Source: a virus | Length of the DNA: 64,000 nt | Direction: 5' to 3' (one strand) | IMG/VR virus record: IMGVR_UViG_3300014502_000001 | Coordinates: 28,772-92,771 of that record | Part shown: positions 1 through 9,300 of the stretch, piece by piece | Position numbering within the stretch: position 1 is the stretch's first letter | Layout: each line of letters starts with the position of its first letter | Program-made: the position numbers and the translations under genes | The notes under the pieces: model-generated | What the model was told of the DNA's origin: nothing | The model's database searches: none | The model's input: only the letters and a program-made list of their open reading frames with translations

Positions 1-789
1 TTCCACCAATTCAGCACGCTCACGCTCCAGCTCCATCCGCTCAACATTCAAATCAGCCTGCTTTATTTCCAAGCCAGCCATATCCTGTTTAGCCTTCTGG
101 ATGCCAGCCACCGCCTGCTCACGCTCAGCGGCTAGGCGCAGGAGCTGTGGATTGATACTATCGTGAAGCGCATTGAATAAAGCCAGCGCTGCGGACGATT
201 GGCTAGCACGCTGGTTTGTATGCTGGGATATATCAGCCTCAATACTTTTGATCTCATCCTTTACCGCCCGCTGAGCTTCCAGATATTGCTGAAGCATCAG
301 GATCTCGTCGAATACCTTTTTCTTATCAGCTTCGGAAGCTTCAATAAAGCGCTGAGCCTTTTCACCAAATATGACCGCCGTAGAAAACAGCAACCAGCTC
401 ATCCCGATGTACTTGTCCAGCATTTCCTGGGTGGCAGCGGCTGAGCCCTGCGTCATGTCGTCGCCATCGACCGTCAGCGTCAGCAGAGGCATATTTTTGA
501 CATCACGCGTGCGAACGACTTCACACTCGTGATCGTGGTCGTCGCTGAATATGATAATAACTCCTGCGCCGCTAGATCCGCGCCTTACGAGCTTTTTGAC
601 TTCTCTAACAGTTTTGCCATACAGACCCCAACTGAGTGCTTCAAATATGGCAGACTTGCCAGCACCATTGCTGACGTTAGGCGAGCCGTTCACCTCACCT
701 CCGACGAAAAATAATCCTGACTCTGGGAAGTTGTAATCCAAAGCCGCAAAGGACATAAAATTGGTGGCACTGATAGTTTTGACTCTCAT
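1..789 (-). CDS. Rad50/SbcC-like (T4 gp46-like) SMC ATPase, N-terminal part; runs off the window
   Basis: Not in the ORF track; translated by hand from ATG at 789: MRVKTISATNFMSF...SNGAGKSAIFEALSWGLYGKT (Walker A), then coiled coil. ATGA overlap with the Mre11-like gene. Confidence 0.92.
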   Translation of the reverse strand, partial: MRVKTISATNFMSFAALDYNFPESGLFFVGGEVNGSPNVSNGAGKSAIFEALSWGLYGKTVREVKKLVRRGSSGAGVIIIFSDDHDHECEVVRTRDVKNMPLLTLTVDGDDMTQGSAAATQEMLDKYIGMSWLLFSTAVIFGEKAQRFIEASEADKKKVFDEILMLQQYLEAQRAVKDEIKSIEADISQHTNQRASQSSAALALFNALHDSINPQLLRLAAEREQAVAGIQKAKQDMAGLEIKQADLNVERMELERERAELVE

Positions 790-1817
790 TTTAAGAACTC
801 CATTCCTACCTTATAAAGCCGCTCTGCATCCAGTCCCTCATTGCGAGCCTCAATATATTTCTTAACCACCTGCTCGCGCGAGTCGCCCGCCACTAGCTGA
901 GCACGCACCTTTGCTGCCTTGCTAGATATGAGCGACACTCGTTTCCACTTAATCGTATTCACCCAATCAGGAATTTTATTGCCAGCCACCCTGATCCTGA
1001 AATAGTCCACGTCTGCCCGTCCACCATTGAGATCAGGCACTCGCATATTTTCATCTATGTCAAGAGTTATAAACTGTGGCGACTTGGTGTTCTCCAGAAA
1101 CTGAACAGTATTTTTGTCGGTGTCCAAAAGCCACCAGCCTTTTTTCTGTCCCTCTTCACCGAAATTCTGCATCGTGGGACTGCCAATGCTGATGACATTT
1201 CTTAACACTTTATTTGCGCCGTGAAAATGACCCACAAAACACCAGTCAAATTTCGCTCCTATTTGCTCGGCCGCTAGCCCGCGCTTGGCCACGATGCCAC
1301 TGTACTTCATTCCATATATATCATTGTGAAACACACCAATGGTCTTTGCACTTCCACGCATGTCTGGAATAACTGATATAATGGCATTGGTCTCTTCAAC
1401 GTTCCTGGCAAAGGGATAACATTTGATAGTCCAGCCGTCACGCACCAGCGCTGGAGATCCTGGCATATCAACTATCGTCACCTCTTCAAGAAGATCACGA
1501 AACATCCAAAGCAAAAATGAATTCTTGCTCCAGCCTTTATAGTCGTGATTGCCTGGCACGATGATGAGCTTGGCCAGACCAGAAAGGATGGCAAACTTAT
1601 CAGCGATCAGATATATAACCTGCGAGTCAACGAAATTTTTCAAATGGAAAACGTCGCCAGCAAACACGACACAGTCAGCCTGGTGTTTCCTGATGTCACT
1701 TTCCAGAGCGTCAAATGTCTGGAGCTGTTCATCCAGTCGAGAATTGACCTCATCATCTATCGTGGCAAACTCTTCAAAGTTGTGCCCGTGAAGGTCTGAA
1801 AAAAATATGGCTCTCAT
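786..1817 (-). CDS. Mre11/SbcD-like metallophosphoesterase nuclease (T4 gp47-like)
   Basis: Motifs SDLH, AGDVFH, PGNHD, GHFH, IGSP; adjacent to the Rad50-like gene. Confidence 0.93.
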   Translation of the reverse strand: MRAIFFSDLHGHNFEEFATIDDEVNSRLDEQLQTFDALESDIRKHQADCVVFAGDVFHLKNFVDSQVIYLIADKFAILSGLAKLIIVPGNHDYKGWSKNSFLLWMFRDLLEEVTIVDMPGSPALVRDGWTIKCYPFARNVEETNAIISVIPDMRGSAKTIGVFHNDIYGMKYSGIVAKRGLAAEQIGAKFDWCFVGHFHGANKVLRNVISIGSPTMQNFGEEGQKKGWWLLDTDKNTVQFLENTKSPQFITLDIDENMRVPDLNGGRADVDYFRIRVAGNKIPDWVNTIKWKRVSLISSKAAKVRAQLVAGDSREQVVKKYIEARNEGLDAERLYKVGMEFLK

Positions 1818-2749
1818 ACTATCTCCCTTCCTCTTTTTATCAGCTCCCTTTCCATCTTTATCAACTGCTCAAAAGGCGTCAGAAATATAGCCAGATTCTC
1901 CATGATCTGGTCAAAGCCATATTTCTGGCACACCTCAATCACGCCCGTTGTCAGCTCGTCCTCATTAAAGCCGCCGCCGCTAGCGCCAGCCTGCATCTCA
2001 TCACGCGGGATATAACGAAACTCCATAAGCTGTAACATAAGCGGAAGCTGCTCTTCCATGCGATCCAGAATTTTCATGTCGCTTTCGCTGGGCACCGCTC
2101 CGCGCAGAAATGTTCTGACTAGCCGCCGCGCTGCTACTGGCCCAACACCGCGCACCCCAGGAAGATTGTCCGAGCCGTCACCAACCATGGCCTTGTAATA
2201 TAAATACTCGTTGGCCTCAACACCAAACTCCTTGAGCACCCGCGCTGAGTCATATTCAGCTTTTTTTATTGGGCTCCACACTCTGGTGTTTGGGTATAGG
2301 CCAATCAGCTGGTACATATCCTGATCGGTGCTAATCACCTCAACATCCCATCCACGGATGGGATGTTGATAATAGCTGCAAAGTGTATAAATGACGTCAT
2401 CAGCCTCACGCCCGCGCAGCTTATACTGTTTCAGCCCCATCGCCTCAAATACCTTTTTGGTGCAGCGCAGCTGTTCGAAGAAACATTCCTTCTCGGTTTT
2501 TTCAACCTCAGTCAGCTCGCGAGCCTTTTTCTTTTTTTTGTAATCAGGATATAAAGCCAATCGTGAAGCGTCACGCCCGCCGTCCCAAGTGATGATCAGG
2601 CTGTCGGGATGAAACTTCTCCAAATATGATCTGACCATGGTCAGCGATATTTTCATGACTTCTGTACGCTGGCCTTCAAATTCCATTGGAGCCATTCCAA
2701 AAGCGCGAAAGCCTAGATTATTGCCGTCCAGGATCAGAACAAGCCTCAT
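1814..2749 (-). CDS. 5'-3' exonuclease / flap endonuclease (Pol I N-terminal domain, T4 RNase H-like)
   Basis: LDGNNL, YPDYK, EADD, STDQD, GDGSDNLPGVRGVG (HhH). Start placed at ATG 2749 behind an AAGGAG RBS. Confidence 0.92.
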   Translation of the reverse strand: MRLVLILDGNNLGFRAFGMAPMEFEGQRTEVMKISLTMVRSYLEKFHPDSLIITWDGGRDASRLALYPDYKKKKKARELTEVEKTEKECFFEQLRCTKKVFEAMGLKQYKLRGREADDVIYTLCSYYQHPIRGWDVEVISTDQDMYQLIGLYPNTRVWSPIKKAEYDSARVLKEFGVEANEYLYYKAMVGDGSDNLPGVRGVGPVAARRLVRTFLRGAVPSESDMKILDRMEEQLPLMLQLMEFRYIPRDEMQAGASGGGFNEDELTTGVIEVCQKYGFDQIMENLAIFLTPFEQLIKMERELIKRGREIV

Positions 2750-3720
2750 CACTTCTCCTTTACTACCCATTTCTCATAAGTCGCTGGGAAATCTTTCTCC
2801 AAGAAAACTCTCTTGGAATCAGCAAAGTTATATTCAGCGCCTTCCTTGTGAACGATACTGTGTCTCACAAAGTAATCTAGCAAGCCGCTATATTTGTCTA
2901 TGGGCTCGTCCACCGGCATGATAAAATTCACCTTGCCAAACGGTGGCCCGACCTTGCATTTTTCAACAACGAACATCCCTTCAAAGCCATTCACCTCATC
3001 TGTTTTCTTATTCTTCAGTTTGTGCGTGACAGTGCAGTGGATACGAACAGACGACGTAAATTTCAGTGCCCGCCCGCCGACCGTTGTCGACTTCTCGCCA
3101 TACATAACATTCATCTTATCTCGCAACTGGTTGATGAACACCAGCACGATGTTGTGGCGATATACCTCTGACATGAGTTTTTTCAGGCCATCAGATATAA
3201 CCTTGGCTCTGCGCATGGCCGCTGTGTTCATGCCAAGCTCATTTTCCAGATCTTCCAGTCCTGGTGTAGCTGCCACCGAGTCCCACACGATGGTCAGCAA
3301 AGCGTCTGGTGCATATGCGCGTATGCCTCCCACAGCATCCATCATCACAGTAAAAACGTCCTCAATGCTTTTTAGCTTTTTATTTGGATCGGGATAAATC
3401 AAAGTGCTCATATCCAGACCAGTCAGTGTAGCCAGCCCTGTGTCTAAGCTGCGCTCCACATCAATCAGGACGGCGATCCCCCCAGCCTTTTGTGTCTCGG
3501 CGAGTATGTGGCAGGCAATGCGACTTTTTCCGCTGGAGAAATCACCGAATATTTCGGTCAATCGGCGTGCTGGTATGCCTCCGCCTGTGACCATATCCAT
3601 AGCGATATTTCCTGTTGACACTCTGTAGCCAACTGCCTCTTCCATACGACCAGATAGATCTATCACACCCAGCTTGCTAGCTAGGAGCTTGGGGAGATTC
3701 GCCGTCCTGACTTGCTTCAA
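2749..3720 (-). CDS. recA: RecA/UvsX-like recombinase
   Basis: STGNIAMD..GGGIP, Walker A GDFSSGKS, WDSVAA, FINQLRDK, TTVGGRALKF, K.KVGPPF. Confidence 0.95.
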   Translation of the reverse strand: MKQVRTANLPKLLASKLGVIDLSGRMEEAVGYRVSTGNIAMDMVTGGGIPARRLTEIFGDFSSGKSRIACHILAETQKAGGIAVLIDVERSLDTGLATLTGLDMSTLIYPDPNKKLKSIEDVFTVMMDAVGGIRAYAPDALLTIVWDSVAATPGLEDLENELGMNTAAMRRAKVISDGLKKLMSEVYRHNIVLVFINQLRDKMNVMYGEKSTTVGGRALKFTSSVRIHCTVTHKLKNKKTDEVNGFEGMFVVEKCKVGPPFGKVNFIMPVDEPIDKYSGLLDYFVRHSIVHKEGAEYNFADSKRVFLEKDFPATYEKWVVKEK

Positions 3721-3725
3721 GTTAT

Positions 3726-4901
3726 TTAGTCCTTTTTGGCATGCTTAGCGCGAATCGCTTCGATGCGAGCACGCACAGCATCCTTGGTGTTGGAAAGCGC
3801 CGACGCTTTGGGTGCAGGAGCAGCCGCTTTGGGCACAACCGCAGGCACAGGCTTCACCGCCGCCTTGATAGTCGCTTTGCTGACTTTGGGCGCAGGAGCT
3901 TCCTCTTCCTCTTCGGGAGCAGCTTCCTCGGCCTCGGGAGCCTCTTCCTCAGGCGTGTCTTCGGCGGGAGGCTCGGTGGACACTTCCTCTTCCTCAACGG
4001 GCTCGTCCTCTTCCTCAACGGGCTCTTCGGGCTCCGCTGCGGCAGGCTTGCGTCCAGGGATAGGCCGCGCTTTGGGAGGAGCAGGCTTTTCTTCTTCGGG
4101 CTCCGCGCCCTCGGCCTCAGCCAGATCACGCAGAGCCTTTCTCAGCTCAGTGCGTTCATCCAGCGTGCCAAAGGTTTTGGTGTGCGCCACGTCATAATCG
4201 ATGGGCGCATACATCTCAATGTTCTCGGGAATGAGCTCGGTGATCTGTTTGGCCCACTTAGCGATATGCTCCTTGGTGCCCAGCGGCGTCGGATCGGTGA
4301 CCTGGAGCTGATACATTCTGCTCGGATCCAGCAGAGGATTGAAAACCAGAATGATATCCCGGCCCGGAGCCTTGACAGTGCCGTCCTCGTTGAAGGTGTC
4401 GAAAATGTTGGACATGCGACCCTTGGTTTTCACCAGCCGCACGATCCACTCCCAAACCGACTTGATGGGAGCCTCGTACAGTTTCACTTCGGGGAACGGC
4501 GCGGTGCCTTCCAAATACTGCTGATAGAGCTGGCGATCGATGACGTTGAAGACGCCGTATCGCTTGACCTGATACAGACGCGCCTTAACTTTATTGGTCT
4601 TGATCAGCTCGGAGAACTCTTCGCAACCAGGGCACGGCTGGCCATAGGTCTCCTGCATACACACATAGCTCTCAATGTCCTTGCGCCCGTCCGGAAGGAA
4701 ACCATGATTGATGAAATGACGACCATAGCGCATATGCCAGCTGGCCTTGCTACCAGCCTTGCGCGGCAGCACGCGGATCAGATTTTCGACTTCCTTCTGC
4801 GGCTTCCAGAACATCTTGGCATATTTCGATTTGCGCTTGTCCTCGTCGGCCAGCGCCTTGCCGTCCTGTTCTTCGTCCGGTCGATCAAAATACTTTGGCA
4901 T
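3726..4901 (-). CDS. Single-stranded DNA-binding protein (gp32-like) with long acidic Pro/Glu linker
   Basis: FWKP..N.IRVLP, H...C..CPGC zinc ligands, FNVIDR, GRDI; lies between the UvsY-like and RecA genes. Confidence 0.8.
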   Translation of the reverse strand: MPKYFDRPDEEQDGKALADEDKRKSKYAKMFWKPQKEVENLIRVLPRKAGSKASWHMRYGRHFINHGFLPDGRKDIESYVCMQETYGQPCPGCEEFSELIKTNKVKARLYQVKRYGVFNVIDRQLYQQYLEGTAPFPEVKLYEAPIKSVWEWIVRLVKTKGRMSNIFDTFNEDGTVKAPGRDIILVFNPLLDPSRMYQLQVTDPTPLGTKEHIAKWAKQITELIPENIEMYAPIDYDVAHTKTFGTLDERTELRKALRDLAEAEGAEPEEEKPAPPKARPIPGRKPAAAEPEEPVEEEDEPVEEEEVSTEPPAEDTPEEEAPEAEEAAPEEEEEAPAPKVSKATIKAAVKPVPAVVPKAAAPAPKASALSNTKDAVRARIEAIRAKHAKKD

Positions 4902-4912
4902 ATATTTCTCCT

Positions 4913-5419
4913 TTATGCCTTTGACGTGTTACGGCCCGGACCCATCTCTGGCTCATTCTCGGAATTCGGCTTGCGGATATAAAGTGTGGAGTCAGCTTGG
5001 ATGCGCATGTTCGATGCAAGCGTCACCAGCATATCCTTGCGGTGACGAAACGCCTCTTTAATAGCGCCTAGCAATCCCACATTTTTACGCGCCACATTCA
5101 CTCTGAGAACTGCCGCGATATAGTCCTCGTCAACCTTGACACTGTTGGCCACCAAATTTTCAGTGACCTTGCCCATCGATGCCAGCTGCTCACGATATTT
5201 CCCATCCAGGGAAGCTGTCGTTGTGTCCAGCTGGAGTTTTGCCTCCGCCAGTGCGGCCTCGGCCATTTCTCCGAGCACCGCATAATAAGCGTAAAGAGAC
5301 GGCTGGTCCCTTAGCTCATTGTTGATCTCCTCCTCTGATAATTTTAATTCGTCCTCATAATCCAGATTGACGGTCTGTTCCTCTGAGATGATGAGAGTCA
5401 GCGGTCCGAGCTTTTCCAT
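4913..5419 (-). CDS. UvsY-like recombination mediator
   Basis: Helical 168-aa protein with QPSLYAYY and EAFRHRKDML.L..N.R pattern; next to SSB and RecA. Confidence 0.7.
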   Translation of the reverse strand: MEKLGPLTLIISEEQTVNLDYEDELKLSEEEINNELRDQPSLYAYYAVLGEMAEAALAEAKLQLDTTTASLDGKYREQLASMGKVTENLVANSVKVDEDYIAAVLRVNVARKNVGLLGAIKEAFRHRKDMLVTLASNMRIQADSTLYIRKPNSENEPEMGPGRNTSKA

Positions 5420-5736
5420 TCTTCACTCCTTGATTTTATTTTATCCTTCTCCGCATCAAGCGCTTCAAGCTGCTTAATGATCTCCTCGACAAAAGGATGT
5501 CTTTTGAAAACCTCCGACAGACAAACAGGGCACATCGCAAATATGTACCATCTTTTTTTGTCTAGAGCAGTGGGAACCTGGTCTGGGGTCATTCTTTTTT
5601 TGCAGTGAATGCACATAAGCTTTGCAATGGCCTCATCACGCGTCATGCCAAAGCTCCGCATCGCAACCAGGTCATTAAGGCTAGGAGTAGAGCCGCCGTT
5701 CTCTTTTTCCACGTTCTCCCCTTGTAATTCTCTCAT
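5398..5736 (-). CDS. Small CxxC...CxxC zinc-binding protein
   Basis: CIHC and CPVC; GAGGTG RBS. Confidence 0.6.
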   Translation of the reverse strand: MRELQGENVEKENGGSTPSLNDLVAMRSFGMTRDEAIAKLMCIHCKKRMTPDQVPTALDKKRWYIFAMCPVCLSEVFKRHPFVEEIIKQLEALDAEKDKIKSRSEEWKSSDR

Positions 5737-5747
5737 TTCGCACCTCT

Positions 5748-5775
5748 ATTATACTGTTCCCCAGCTTTTATTCAA
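5748..5775 (-). promoter_or_regulatory. sigma70-like promoter TTGAAT-16-TATAAT upstream of the recombination genes
   Basis: Minus strand reads TTGAAT aaaagctggggaacag TATAAT, followed by RBS and ATG. Confidence 0.6.
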
Positions 5776-6330
5776 CCGGAATAATGCGCAAAAACATATC
5801 TGAAAACACCTTCACCGCCGCGTCCAACTCGGCCCTATGACTAGCATCATAGCTAACCATTGAAGGGTGGATACAATAGACCAGCCACGCACCCAGCGAC
5901 TCACTCCATTCAGCCGTGCCGTTACGATCCATAATGCTAGCCTTATTGTCACCTGTGACCCAATGAAGCGCTGTTTTGCCAAGCGACAATATCAGCCTTG
6001 GCTTTTGCACCGCTATTTCTTTCCTGAGCCACTGAGCACTGCAAAACGCAGGAACGCGCAGATCAACAATCTTATTATCCTTGGGTCTACATTTCAGAAC
6101 GTTGGTCACCCAGAAAAGATCTCTGCTCAGTCCATGCTTATCCAGAGAGCCCCAGAGCGTCCTACCCGCCTTGCCTACAAATGGAAGACCAGAAGCGTCC
6201 TCATCAGCGCCTGGAGCTTCACCAATAATCATGGTCTGGAATATGCCCGCTGAAAAGGGTGTTGGTCTTTTGCATATCTTGTACGCTGGGCAAAGCTCGC
6301 ACTTCTGAATATCAGCGGCCAGATTTATGG
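5768..6330 (-). other. Fused family-4 (Fe-S) uracil-DNA glycosylase domain of DnaE (boundary approximate)
   Basis: CELC, IIGEAPGADED, PFVGKAG, TNVLKCRP, FC, LGKTA, IHPS, all in frame with the polymerase. Confidence 0.9.
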
Positions 6331-9300
6331 CCTCACGGCGTGTGTCAACATACGGCACTATGCCTCTGTAATCAAGCATTCCCAGATCGCCCTTTTTAAT
6401 GTAATCCATAAATTGGAATCGATCCATGAATATGTTTGACGTTTTGGCTGGCTTATTGGCACGCATGATGATCATACGGCTAGCAATTTCTTCAATCTCG
6501 CCCTTTAGCTCTGAATGATATAGCTTGCCAGTCACCGTTGAATAGGTCAGAGAAGTGTCGTCTCTAAATATGCCATAGCAGCCGCCCAGGTCTGACGCAT
6601 ATCCTTTAACATCCACATCACTGCCCGTGCCGTGCGACTGTTCCACCTTTTGCCTGAATCCAAACTTGATCTCATCATATTTGCCAATGTGATAAGAGTA
6701 TTCCGGTATGGCCTCGTTCTCTCGGCCGGACAGATATGAAAGCTTCTTCACGCGGAAGTGTCTGCTCAGCAGCTCCACAAGAGCCTTATTCTGGGTGAGA
6801 TATTCCTCTGGCATTTCATAGGCTAGCACGTCTGTCTCGACATATGCAGAAGCGTCAATATCCTTATATTGCTTCTCGCTGGTGGGAAACTTTTTCTTAG
6901 TCTCAAGATGCAGAACAAGCTTTTTGCGATCCTCTTCAGATATGATTGAATCCAGAGCCTTGGAGCGCAGCAGGACTCTGATCTTTCCGATGTTGATCAA
7001 GCGCCTAGGAATATTGGCCGCAAAGTCAAATATGTCCTCAAATTTACCGCCGTGCGCCTCCCGCGCCTTTACCAGCTCCAGGGCGGAGTTGGTACTGATA
7101 CCTTTGATGATATCAAAGCCGCCGCGCAGCACGCCTGTATCTTCAATCGTCCATGAATATCCCGAGCAGTTAATGTCGGGAGATTTGATCTTCATGCCAT
7201 GACGCTGAGCATCAGACAACAGTGGCACGATGTCATCGTCCGAGGCTCGTACCAGAGTAGCATGGAAAAACTCTGTGGGATAATATACCTTTAACCACAT
7301 CGTCCAATATCCCAGCATCGTATATTCAACCGAGTGAGACTTATTGAAGCCATATGAATTATGGCTGACAAAATTGTTCGCGATGAAATTTGCAGGCTCT
7401 TCTTCCATCTCCATATCATAGGTCTCTCTCTCGCCTATAAACTTCTTCTCCACAATCTCCTCATCCTGAGTGAAATATCCTACACGATAGCGCCTGAACA
7501 AAGCGCTGTCAGTGTACGCTCTGTGATGCTTTCTGCAAAGAAGCATCGTGTTGTCCTCGGAATTGTCGGTCGTGTCGCCATTGATATGATGCATTTCAGG
7601 AAAACTCCCGGAGCCACAGACCTGGCAGCGACCACCATACTGATCCACAAGATGCTCACGACGCGCTTTTTCCTCATTAGTCGGACCCTCGCCTTTTCTG
7701 AATCTAGGACAAGTCTGGCCAAAGGACCCCGAGCCATATCCTTCTCCGTGTAATTTCTTCGGCAATTTCAGATCGCTGACTCTGATTCTGTCACCGACAC
7801 TGATCTCAGAAACTGTCTTCCACTCTCCACCAACCATAAAATGGTGCTCAGCGCTAGCGCGAACTGTTTTGTTACCGGCTGTCCTTATCAGATATACAGG
7901 CTTCATCCCTGTCTTCCATACTCTCTTTATCGTATTGTAACGGACAAATCCATCATCATGCATCGATAGAATTTTCAAGCCACGACGCTTGAAATTATAA
8001 TTATCCTGATACTTATACGCCTCCTCAATAGTCATCTCGGAATCTTTGTGCTGATTAGAAGCACACCTGTATATTTTTGTATCACCAGTCAGGCATCCGA
8101 AGAATTTCATCAGCGTAAAAACCTTCTGGGCATCAGCCACCGACATGGTTCCAAGCTTTTGAACGCCCGCCAGCCAGTCTTTTCTGAATGTCTCAAACTT
8201 ATCCTGGCCCTCAGATTTAGAAACTACCTTTCTGATGACATCCACCGTGCGCCAGGGGATGCCAGAAAGCTTATTCAGAATCCTCATCATCTGCTCTTGA
8301 TAAAGAACGATGCCATATGTCTCGCCCAGCAGCTCTTTCATCTGAGCATTGATATAAGTTGGCTTTTCCACGCCGTCTTTATAAAGAATGAATTTGCTAG
8401 CCATACCGCTGCGCAGCGTGCCAGGTCTAAATAATGAATTCACCTGCACGAGCTCGTTGAAATTTTTAGGCTTAAAGTTGCGGATATACTGAATCATGCC
8501 CGCTGAGCCAAACTGAAATATGCCCGCCGTATCAGCCTTTGTAAAAGCCTCAAGCACTTTTGGGTCATCCAGCGGCAGCGTTGAATAATCAGCGACCACA
8601 TTGTGACGGCGCTTTATCTCCTCTTTAGCTAGGCGCAGGATATTCAGCGTCTTCAGACCCAGAGCGTCTATCTTCATTACGCCGGCAAATTCAATATCAT
8701 GCTTGTCCCAGTTGACCGCTAAATCGCCAGACTTGGTTTTCACCACAACACATTTGTGGCCTGAATATAAGTCCTCGACATCCACAACCAGACCCGCCGC
8801 GTGAACACCTTTAGTCTTAATGTTACCTTCGATCTTTTTGCAGATCTGGATAACATAGGGATATTTCTTATTAAACTCCTTAGCATTTTCGAACAGTGCC
8901 ACTGTGTCCTCAACAGAAAAGTCAGCTCGCGCATCGCCGCCTGACCTGACCAGAATCTGTTTGGCTATTTGATCCACCTCAACCAGCGGCACCGAGAACA
9001 CTCGTGACACGTCACGCACTACGCCGCGCCCCTTCATCGTGGAAAAGGTGCTCACAGCCGTCACAGAACGCTCACCATATTTGTCACGCATGTGCTGAAT
9101 AACACGGTCGCGCTCAGCATCCTCAAAATCCAAATCGATATCTGGCAGATCGTGACGCTCTGGGGAAATGAAGCGCTCAAACATCAGCCCATACTCGAGT
9201 GGATTCACGTCGGTGATGCCCAGCAAATATGCCACCAGACTTCCACCCACAGAGCCGCGTCCAGGACCCACCATACAGCCATTGTGTTTAGCCCACAGAA

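Noticed and set aside
3741-4982. 413-aa plus-strand ORF
   Set aside because: Antisense shadow of the codon-biased SSB gene; no RBS or motifs.
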